The notes beneath the pieces were generated by a model. It was not told the DNA's origin and did not search any database. It saw only the letters and a program-made list of their open reading frames with translations. From positions 632 to 64,631 of the forward strand of contig CAJQOG010000066.1 of assembly GCA_905479875.1 (NCBI GenBank): 64,000 bases of DNA, in the 5' to 3' direction. Below, one piece after another: positions 55,301 through 62,523 of this stretch (its first letter is position 1; each line of letters opens with the position of its first letter). Made by a program: the position numbers and the translations under genes. The DNA is from an uncultured Gammaproteobacteria bacterium (GTDB lineage: Bacteria > Pseudomonadota > Gammaproteobacteria > Steroidobacterales > JABDMI01).

Positions 55301-55374
55301 CACGACATAACGGCATACGCAAGCATTACTCGTATGACTCTTCTTCTTCGCAATTCGCCCCAGAGATTGCTCAT
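52327..55374 (-). CDS. membrane-anchored STAND-type P-loop ATPase (AAA_16-like) with a long TPR-like C-terminal region
   Basis: 1015 aa. N-terminus RRRVIRVMLAYAVMSWLLLQVGAILF plus a second TM helix LLAGLPITLILSWIFDITPEGI. Walker A GESGQGKT, Walker B IFLLDDLHWADES. About 650 aa of helical repeats follow. No HTH, cyclase or kinase motif seen. Confidence 0.8.
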   Translation of the reverse strand: MSNLWGELRRRRVIRVMLAYAVMSWLLLQVGAILFPAFNAPSWSIKALTMVLLAGLPITLILSWIFDITPEGIIVTDEENHVTSNRFNYSKLKPIDIDKLGLSNIQLTQLSGRSIELELLKEKIQKTKSGQGGIVLISGESGQGKTRLGEEALQIGKQMGILPLIGHAYEEQGAPYIVATEILEEITRVLPENTLRDALGNSAAEITRLVPDLHRIFPDIPAPVDLPPGQQQRFMFNAILDMIIRLSSATPLIFLLDDLHWADESSFQLLEHFVPQLSKHPILFIITFRDTEIDHGEPFKKILPKLHKLPSVSHINLKQFSLEEVESFITHTTGKTPPIELSQLIFRETNGNVFFVQSVIQQLIDENKLFDENNNWLTEFSLIKKLDVPYSIKLVTEQRIKKLNESTQDTLRIAAVLGYRFKIKELENSCPTSENILLAIEEAEAASLIKPAHAGQGLRYEFIHSLTRKTLLAQISAPRKQYLHYVVSQAIEKSDPLNSDQRAADISYHLIQSGEHADREQTLAWLRRAGNHAMQAAAFEEALEFYDSALKIVNNKNIEADLLHHAAKAKLNLGNGEAYTANMMHAFLLYKKERNTSGLATVCNELAFMMAWNNQAKEAIAFVQSGLELVGEEITSARCELLSALGMSHGVSDTPLVGEPFHEQAIKMAQKLNDKKLLAHCLQNKGLMHWATFNGKKLEETGIQGAVINKELEHDWNLAQCLWMQEAGLTFQGRFNEADEVSRELQPIAKLQDNFGPLLCSELFTSIRHHALGDLSSALKSGNLAIEYCKLSGFPWANAMIGIRSVNKLLAGDIIGGREDFQIANLNPLPNGMFAGVDISFWLAGKAFLADSDTLNAYQQIKESLPLVNQALTAGKISLVQACIEALATIGEHEEAAKLYPIMKTIVDQNKALLGFSFGLFERYAGIAAATGKNWEQADKHFNKALTQSRDLPHRIEEPRIYYWQARMLLNRNNSGDKEKAKQLFSQSRELSASLNMLGHIDLINRTEQELIKAN

Positions 55375-55558
55375 TTCTAGCTTCTCAATTTGATTTTATT
55401 TTTATGCAGATATTTTACAGTATTTTACAATTGAAAATAATAGCAAGAATGCATAATTCATTTAATAAAAAACTAGAAATTGCTATTTGCTACATAAGAA
55501 ATTCTTAAATTATGGTAAATTATCGTTTTATAAATGTAGTTGTTTGGAGAATTTAGCG

Positions 55559-56422
55559 ATGCGTTGGGAAGGTAGAAGACAAAGTTCAAATGTAGAAGAT
55601 CGTCGTGGTAAAGGTATGCGTCGAGGAGCCGCAGTTGGTGGAGGCGGCATTGTGATGGCTTTAGTGGCTATTTTTTTACTCGGACAAGACCCTGGGCAAG
55701 TGATGCAACAAATGCAACAACAGCAGGCCCAAGCTCAGCGCCAAGCTCAAACTCAAGGTGGTGAGTATCGCGGAAGTGCACAAGAAGAGAAAATTAAAGG
55801 TTTTGTTTCAACCGTACTTGCTGAAACAGAAGACACTTGGAATACAGTTTTCAGACAAGCTGGTTATCAATACAAGGCCCCTAAACTAGTACTTTATACG
55901 GGAATGACACCAACTGCTTGCGGTACAGGTCAAGCCGCATCTGGACCATTTTATTGTCCGGGTGATCAAAAAGTTTATTTAGATTTAAGTTTTTTAAACG
56001 AATTACAACGCATGGGAGCTCAAGGTGATTTTGCGGTTGCCTATGTTCTTGCTCATGAAGTTGGTCACCATATTCAAACCTTAACTGGTACTGCAGCAAA
56101 GGTTCAGCAGTTCAGACAGCGTGCATCTAAAGCACAAGGTAATGCTATTCAAGTGAAAATGGAATTACAGGCTGACTGCTATGCAGGTGTTTGGGCAAAC
56201 CATACACAAAAGCGCACTCAAATTTTAGAGCAGGGTGATATAGAAGAAGCTCTGCAAGCCGCCGCTGCCGTTGGTGATGATACGATTATGAAAAAAGCAG
56301 GCCGAACTCCTCGTAAAGAACAATTTACCCATGGCTCGTCACAAGAACGTATGCAATGGTTTGCGCGCGGTATGGACGCTGGCGAATTGGGAGCTTGTGA
56401 TACAGGTCTTGATTCTTTATAA
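55559..56422 (+). CDS. ypfJ: YpfJ-family neutral zinc metallopeptidase
   Basis: MRWEGRRQSSNVEDRRG N-terminus, TM helix, FYCPGDQKVYLD, HEVGHHIQ zinc site, ELQADCYAG. ATG 55559 follows GGAGA. The listed 55487 start is an upstream TTG. Confidence 0.88.
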   Translation: MRWEGRRQSSNVEDRRGKGMRRGAAVGGGGIVMALVAIFLLGQDPGQVMQQMQQQQAQAQRQAQTQGGEYRGSAQEEKIKGFVSTVLAETEDTWNTVFRQAGYQYKAPKLVLYTGMTPTACGTGQAASGPFYCPGDQKVYLDLSFLNELQRMGAQGDFAVAYVLAHEVGHHIQTLTGTAAKVQQFRQRASKAQGNAIQVKMELQADCYAGVWANHTQKRTQILEQGDIEEALQAAAAVGDDTIMKKAGRTPRKEQFTHGSSQERMQWFARGMDAGELGACDTGLDSL

Positions 56423-56450
56423 ACCTTCAAATTTAAGTTTTATATATATT

Positions 56451-56478
56451 TGGTGGCTCATTTGCCACCATTTTTTTA
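56451..56478 (+). terminator. rho-independent terminator after ypfJ
   Basis: TGGTGGC-tcattt-GCCACCA followed by T7. Confidence 0.75.
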
Positions 56479-56515
56479 TTAACGTTCTATTCAATCTAAG
56501 CAAAAGGTTTGCTCA

Positions 56516-58534
56516 ATGCGAAATAAACTCTCTATATTTATCTTATTACTAATTACTTTTCTTTTTCAGACAGGTTTATCTGCACAGAAAATTGAAAAAA
56601 ATGGCTATTCGGTCGAAATTACCAAGATGCCAGAATGGGCTACTAGATTAGAGATATCTCAATCTAAAAAAATTAAGCCAAGAAACATTAAAGATGGTGT
56701 TCGTTATGAAGTGATTAATAAATTAATTAACCACCAAAGTAATCAAAAGCATTATTTTCAGCAAACTGCATACACACCGATAAAACAAAATGGACTGAGT
56801 GTGGTTTCTGAAATAAGTTTAGAATTCAATCCTGATTATCAAGAATTACAATTGCATTATATAAATGTGATTAGAGAAGGCGAAGTAATTGATAAATTAA
56901 ACGCAGATGATATTAATTTAATTCGTAGGGAAGAAGGCTTAGAGAATCAAATTTACGATGGTGTAATAACTTTAAGCATGCAGTTGAGGGGTATACAGAT
57001 TAATGATGTTGTTGATTATGCATTCAGCGTCATTGGGCAAAACCCAATATACGAAGATAAAATCTTCGGTCGACTAGACTTTGGTTGGGCTGTACCCGTT
57101 GAAAAAATACGTGTTGGGGTGTTTTTGCCAAATAAAAAAATAGAACTGAAAATTCAAGAAAGCAATTTAATAGCAAAAAGAAATAAGACTAAATATGGTT
57201 ATTTTTATGAAGTGCTAAATGATAGTGCTGAATATTTAGAATCTGAAACAGATGTCCCTGCTTGGTATAACCCATACCCATGGTTGCAATATAGCGAGTT
57301 TACAAGTTGGGCAGATGTTGCTAAATGGGCTGATGGCTTGTTTAATACAACAACAAAAATGAGCTCAGAGTTGCAAAGCATAGTTGCAAATATTGAAAGT
57401 AATTTTATTGGTGAGGAGGCGAGAATTCTTGAAGCCGCACGTATTGTTCAAGAAGAAGTTCGATATTTCGGTATTGAAATTGGTCTAAATTCGCATAAAC
57501 CACACCCGCCCAATATTGTATTTGAACGTAAATATGGTGATTGCAAAGATAAAACAGTTCTATTAAATTCTATCCTTAGAGCAATGGGTATAAAGGCATC
57601 TCCTGCATTAGTTTCCACTCGTGATAGAGAGTATCTTGATGTCTATTTACCAACGCCTAATGCCTTTGATCATGTGATTTCAAAAATCTACTTGGCTGGA
57701 AAGGCGTATTGGATTGATGGGACTCAACTTTTTCAAGCTGGAAATATTGATGAATATGACACATCTTGGTTTCGAAGATCGTTGACTGTTGAAGCTGACA
57801 CTAACTCTTTAGAAAAAGTTGAATTTAAAAAAATAACAACTAGTATCGAGGTAAAGGAACAATTTAAAGTTATTAATTTGCAAGGTGATGCTCACTTGGC
57901 AGTGACAAGTATTTATCGACACGGGAATGCTGATTACGCTAGAAGTCAAATTGCCGAACGGTCTTTTGAAACGCTAACAGAAGGGTATTTGGACTTTTAT
58001 TCGCGCTTATTTTCAAATGCACAAACGCTTTCTGAGGCAAGTTTTACAGATGACAAGCAAAATAATATAATCACTATTGTTGAAAATTATTTCATTGAGG
58101 ATTTTCTAGAAGATAATTCTGAAGGTTCAATTTCATATAATATTTATGCAAGCCAAATTAATGATTACAGTCAATTACCAAATAAATTAAAAAGAGATAT
58201 GCCATTATCTTTAAGTTTTCCAGTGAATATCAAACAGCGAGTGGAATTGTCATTTTTTGAGGATATAGAAATTATTGGCCCTAATAGTATCGATGTTAAA
58301 AACCCATATTTCACTTTTTCCTCTGGCGGTGAGCAAGTAGAAAACGGAGTAACATATGATTTTAATTTTAGAACTCACAAAGATCATGTTGCGGTAGGTT
58401 CGATGAAAAATTATATTAAAGATCTAAAGAAAGTAAACGATGCTATCAATATGTCTTATTACTATAAAACTCAAGATTTTGAGAAAGTGAAAAACTTACA
58501 AAATGAAATACTACAGGATTTGCTTAATGACTAA
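56516..58534 (+). CDS. secreted DUF3857-like / transglutaminase-like cysteine protease-fold protein
   Basis: 672 aa with signal peptide (LLLITFLFQTGLSAQ). Transglutaminase core YGDCKDKTVLLNSILRAMGI ... FDHVISK ... YWIDGT (Cys-His-Asp pattern). Confidence 0.8.
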   Translation: MRNKLSIFILLLITFLFQTGLSAQKIEKNGYSVEITKMPEWATRLEISQSKKIKPRNIKDGVRYEVINKLINHQSNQKHYFQQTAYTPIKQNGLSVVSEISLEFNPDYQELQLHYINVIREGEVIDKLNADDINLIRREEGLENQIYDGVITLSMQLRGIQINDVVDYAFSVIGQNPIYEDKIFGRLDFGWAVPVEKIRVGVFLPNKKIELKIQESNLIAKRNKTKYGYFYEVLNDSAEYLESETDVPAWYNPYPWLQYSEFTSWADVAKWADGLFNTTTKMSSELQSIVANIESNFIGEEARILEAARIVQEEVRYFGIEIGLNSHKPHPPNIVFERKYGDCKDKTVLLNSILRAMGIKASPALVSTRDREYLDVYLPTPNAFDHVISKIYLAGKAYWIDGTQLFQAGNIDEYDTSWFRRSLTVEADTNSLEKVEFKKITTSIEVKEQFKVINLQGDAHLAVTSIYRHGNADYARSQIAERSFETLTEGYLDFYSRLFSNAQTLSEASFTDDKQNNIITIVENYFIEDFLEDNSEGSISYNIYASQINDYSQLPNKLKRDMPLSLSFPVNIKQRVELSFFEDIEIIGPNSIDVKNPYFTFSSGGEQVENGVTYDFNFRTHKDHVAVGSMKNYIKDLKKVNDAINMSYYYKTQDFEKVKNLQNEILQDLLND

Positions 58535-59672
58535 TATTAAAACAATACGATATGCTTTTTTTACAATACTATTTTTGTTTCTTAGCGGATGTGCTACAAC
58601 AAATTATGAGCCTAAAGATGTAAGGTCAGTCGAAAATAGAGTATTGATTACTGATGATTCAAGTGAGGCAATATCCTTTGCTCGTAAGTTAGAAGCGGCA
58701 ATTAACGCAGACGATAAGAAATTTGTTGGCGACACTCTTTTGCCACAATCAGAAATCGATAAACTTATTGCTGAAGAGTCTGATCCAAACGCCAAGGAAT
58801 TTATGCAAGGTTTTATGGAGGGAGTCAAGATTGGTATATTGAACCAACTTATGCAGGAAGAATCAAGCATGGATTTTTTAAGGGCTTATGAAGGGGCTCA
58901 GTTTTATAATTTAATTTATGCCTTAGACCTCCAAGACGGTGAAGACTTTGACTATATAGAATTTATTTTTAATAAACAGAATTTTGAATTCGAAGATTTT
59001 TTCTCATATACAACATATGTTAATTTTGAAAAAAGCTTTGAAGATATTGGTTTGGTAATAATGGAAATTGTAAAAAACACAGAAAATGGAAAGAATATTT
59101 CGGCAATTTCAGAAATGGATAATTGCGAAAACTTAATCCAAACTTATGAAAAGCTTAGTAATGAATTGCAAAATATTCGTAAGCAATTCATTGGTTATGC
59201 TAACTGTGCAATTGCAACTGGTTCAGAAGCTAATATTGGGAAAGTTCTAAATAAATTTAATCAAATTGCTGTTTCGAATACTGATATGCCATTCATGCGA
59301 GCTCTATTTGCAATATTAGATGGGGATTTGAATAAGGCATATAGATATATTGATTTGGTTTCAAATGAAATGGGCGGTGATCTGCGTCTGGATCTCTATA
59401 AATTTAGCATAGCCTTGGAGCTAGAAAATTTTGCAGTTGCAAAAGCCACTTTAGCTGATGCTTTACAGAAATACCCAAATAGTGAAAATGTATATTTCTC
59501 TAGTATGGATCTGCACCTAACGCAAAAAAATTATGGAAAACTGCTCTCTGTATTTTTATATATGAACGAAGCCTTTGGGTATAATTATAGTCCTGAGCTT
59601 ATTAAAGGCTTTGAAGGCTTTGAGGATTTTTCACGATCACAGGTGTTCTTGGATTGGGAAAAGTCTCAGTAG
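58527..59672 (+). CDS. hypothetical lipoprotein with helical-repeat C-terminal half
   Basis: Lipobox LFLSGC after MTNIKTIRYAFFTILFLF. ATG 58527 overlaps the upstream stop (ATGACTAA). The listed 58503 start is an alternative. No family recognised. Confidence 0.65.
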   Translation: MTNIKTIRYAFFTILFLFLSGCATTNYEPKDVRSVENRVLITDDSSEAISFARKLEAAINADDKKFVGDTLLPQSEIDKLIAEESDPNAKEFMQGFMEGVKIGILNQLMQEESSMDFLRAYEGAQFYNLIYALDLQDGEDFDYIEFIFNKQNFEFEDFFSYTTYVNFEKSFEDIGLVIMEIVKNTENGKNISAISEMDNCENLIQTYEKLSNELQNIRKQFIGYANCAIATGSEANIGKVLNKFNQIAVSNTDMPFMRALFAILDGDLNKAYRYIDLVSNEMGGDLRLDLYKFSIALELENFAVAKATLADALQKYPNSENVYFSSMDLHLTQKNYGKLLSVFLYMNEAFGYNYSPELIKGFEGFEDFSRSQVFLDWEKSQ

Positions 59673-59687
59673 GCGATTAAACATTAA

Positions 59688-59756
59688 TGCTCAGAAATTA
59701 AAAGAAATAATATGATATTTTGCGCTTCTTTTATTTTTGATTCTAATTTCTGAGCA
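59688..59756. terminator. long hairpin between convergent genes (13-bp perfect arms, 43-nt loop)
   Basis: TGCTCAGAAATTA (59688-59700) and TAATTTCTGAGCA (59744-59756). Confidence 0.45.
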
Positions 59757-59778
59757 CTATAGACGATTGCTTTAGATA

Positions 59779-62523
59779 TTACATGGTCTCAAAATAATCA
59801 TTAACGGCATCCTGATGGTGGGCTGCTTTAGCAGCGCATAAGTCAATAGTTTCTAGAGTTTGAGCTAATGCTCTTGGGCCACCAGATATATCGTTAATAA
59901 TTGGTTTAAAGAAGGCTTCAACCTCTTTTTTATCTTCAGCAGTACAGAAGTATGCTGCAATACCTGGTATACGATTTTGGGAAAAACTTGATACACGTCC
60001 TTTAATCACTTCAATATTTGATTTAAACCAAGTCCACATTTCAGGCCGTAAAGACTTTTCGCTCATCTGGCCACGTAAAATTGCGTAAATTTCATTATCA
60101 CGAATTTTTTCACTATTTAACCATTCGCGAATCTCAGCAGCAAAAGCTTTGTCTTTGCTTGCACTAATTCCACTAAGTAAACGACCTCGTATAGTGCCAT
60201 CGGTTTCTACTTCAAAAAGAGTAACTAAATGTCTGGCGAATGGTACTCCTAAATCTTCGACAGCAATTAATAGGGCTTGGCCAATGGTATTTGAGTCAGC
60301 TTTATTAGCATGAATAACATTATCACTGCCATAACCTGTGTAAGCTTTTGCCATATCGATATAGTATTCTCTTATTGGAGTATTTCGTCCTTCATCGGCT
60401 AAAAATCCTAAGATACTATTACGTAATTGAATAGTATCTGCTGAATCCTTAAGGCCCGTTATAAGGCCTAAGTTTTCTAGTTTGTCAGCATACAAATTAT
60501 TACTAATTTCGGCTAACTTAATTTTATCTTCTTCTGTATTGGTTAATTGTTTATGTACAAAACTAAGCATACTCATCGGTGAAGAAGCCACTCTTGCTGA
60601 TTCGGATTTTGCAAGTTCTGGAGCAACTTGAAGCAGGTCACTGAAACTTAATGTTCCAGCGTTAACCGAAGCATTAAAACTATCATTTGCAGCTATCATT
60701 TCTTCATCATTTAAACTTGCTTTATTTGCAAATATATCTTGCCAATCATCTAAACTTAAAGCAAAGCGGTAATATCCTGCGCCCTCAGCATTTGGCATAA
60801 CAAATTTAGGGCATCCTTTTTCTGTTAGCAGCATGTTTTGTTGTGGTTGTGTAATTAGTTCGCATTGCTTATGCATATTGCCTTCAATTGAATAGTTTAC
60901 ACATACAGGAATTTGCCACGTCCGAATGCTATCTCCTTTTGAACCGACTGGGAGGTAGCGTGATTGTGAAAAACTGACTTCAGCAGTTTCACTATCACAT
61001 GTAGTTGCCACACTTAAATAAGGGATACCTGGCTGCTCTAAGAAACTATTAAAAGCATCACGAATGACTTTAGGTGAGGCTCCATCTGATTTTTCACCTA
61101 TTGCAGTAATAAAATCATTTGCAGTTGTATTGCCAAAGGCATATTTTTTCATGTAATGCGTGATACCATTTTGAAACTGCTCTGGACCTATAAAGGATTC
61201 AAACATTCTCAATATTCCGCCACCTTTTGAATAGGTTATGCCATCAAAGGCTGAGTCAATATCATCATTGCTTAGTATCGGCTGACGTATCTGACGAGCA
61301 CTTATGAGGCTGTCATTTCGCATCGCACCTAAAGCACGTCCCATGAGGGCTTGGCGAAATTTTTGTTCAGGCATTATATTATCATTAGAGCTATATGCCA
61401 TCCAAGTAGCAAAAGCTTCATTCAACCAAATATCATCCCACCACACTGGGGTGACTAAGTTACCAAACCATTGGTGAGCCAGCTCGTGAGCGTGCACGTT
61501 AACGTAGCGTCTTAATTGATTAAGCGACATGCTATCTTCATCAAACAAGAGCAATTGTTCTCGGTAAATAATTAAACCAGCATTTTCCATGGCTCCGAAA
61601 GCAAAGTCAGGCACGGCAACAATATCAAGTTTTTCGTAGGGATAAGGCACACGGAAATAATCTTCTAGTGATTTGACTATTTTTGCTGTGTTTTCTAAAG
61701 CGAATTTTAATTTATCACCTTTGCCTTTAGTAGCAATACCACGTAAGGGCAATGATGTAGCTCGGTATTCATTAGCAGGAATGTCTGCCCATTCAACCAC
61801 ATCAACATCACCTACGGTAAATGCAATTAAGTAAGTGGGTAGTTTTTTTGATGTGGCAAAATCTAATCTTCGCATGCCATTACCCAAATCAGTTTCAGCT
61901 ATTTGTGGTGTATTGGTAAAACCTTTATGTTCATTTTTAAGGACTATTGAAGTTGTGTATGGAGTTTTGAATGCGGGTTCATCAAAGCTAGGAAATGCCA
62001 TACGGGCGGATGTGGCTTCAAATTGAGTAAATGCATAATTTTTACCGCCATCGTTCACCTTGTAAAGAGCTTCAAGTGCTGTATTGAAAGGAGCTACATA
62101 GTCGAAAAAAATAGTGGCTTTACCTTTTGGTAATTGAGCATCTAAATCAATTTTTGCAACACCTGATTCATGTACTTGCGAATAACTACCATTTAATACA
62201 GACCCATCGGCAGTACGTACCTGTACTTTTTTTACATCAAAATCCTTACCGTGCATGAAAATGTGCTGAGTGCTTACATCAGAATCAATAGCAATTTCTG
62301 TGTGACCAGTAAATGAGTCTTGGTCAGGGTCAATTGTTAAATGCAACATGTACGATTCTGGTCTTACTAAGTTTGATAAGCGACCAGTTGGTATGTCTTG
62401 CGAATAGCCATTTTTAGCTACTGTTAATTCATCAAACTGGGAAGCTGATTTATCACTTTCTGTACATGCAAAGGCACCGATAGAAAGTGATAGTATTAAT
62501 ATTCTAGAAAATAAGTTGTTCAT
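59779..62523 (-). CDS. M1 family metallo-aminopeptidase (aminopeptidase N-like), predicted lipoprotein
   Basis: 914 aa. Lipobox LSIGAFAC, exopeptidase motif GAMEN, zinc site HELAHQWFGNLV...WLNEAFA. Confidence 0.9.
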   Translation of the reverse strand: MNNLFSRILILSLSIGAFACTESDKSASQFDELTVAKNGYSQDIPTGRLSNLVRPESYMLHLTIDPDQDSFTGHTEIAIDSDVSTQHIFMHGKDFDVKKVQVRTADGSVLNGSYSQVHESGVAKIDLDAQLPKGKATIFFDYVAPFNTALEALYKVNDGGKNYAFTQFEATSARMAFPSFDEPAFKTPYTTSIVLKNEHKGFTNTPQIAETDLGNGMRRLDFATSKKLPTYLIAFTVGDVDVVEWADIPANEYRATSLPLRGIATKGKGDKLKFALENTAKIVKSLEDYFRVPYPYEKLDIVAVPDFAFGAMENAGLIIYREQLLLFDEDSMSLNQLRRYVNVHAHELAHQWFGNLVTPVWWDDIWLNEAFATWMAYSSNDNIMPEQKFRQALMGRALGAMRNDSLISARQIRQPILSNDDIDSAFDGITYSKGGGILRMFESFIGPEQFQNGITHYMKKYAFGNTTANDFITAIGEKSDGASPKVIRDAFNSFLEQPGIPYLSVATTCDSETAEVSFSQSRYLPVGSKGDSIRTWQIPVCVNYSIEGNMHKQCELITQPQQNMLLTEKGCPKFVMPNAEGAGYYRFALSLDDWQDIFANKASLNDEEMIAANDSFNASVNAGTLSFSDLLQVAPELAKSESARVASSPMSMLSFVHKQLTNTEEDKIKLAEISNNLYADKLENLGLITGLKDSADTIQLRNSILGFLADEGRNTPIREYYIDMAKAYTGYGSDNVIHANKADSNTIGQALLIAVEDLGVPFARHLVTLFEVETDGTIRGRLLSGISASKDKAFAAEIREWLNSEKIRDNEIYAILRGQMSEKSLRPEMWTWFKSNIEVIKGRVSSFSQNRIPGIAAYFCTAEDKKEVEAFFKPIINDISGGPRALAQTLETIDLCAAKAAHHQDAVNDYFETM

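Noticed and set aside
27276-62523. GlyGly-CTERM substrates for the rhombosortase within this window
   Set aside because: I checked the C-termini of all called proteins. None ends with a Gly-Gly motif followed by a hydrophobic helix and a basic tail.
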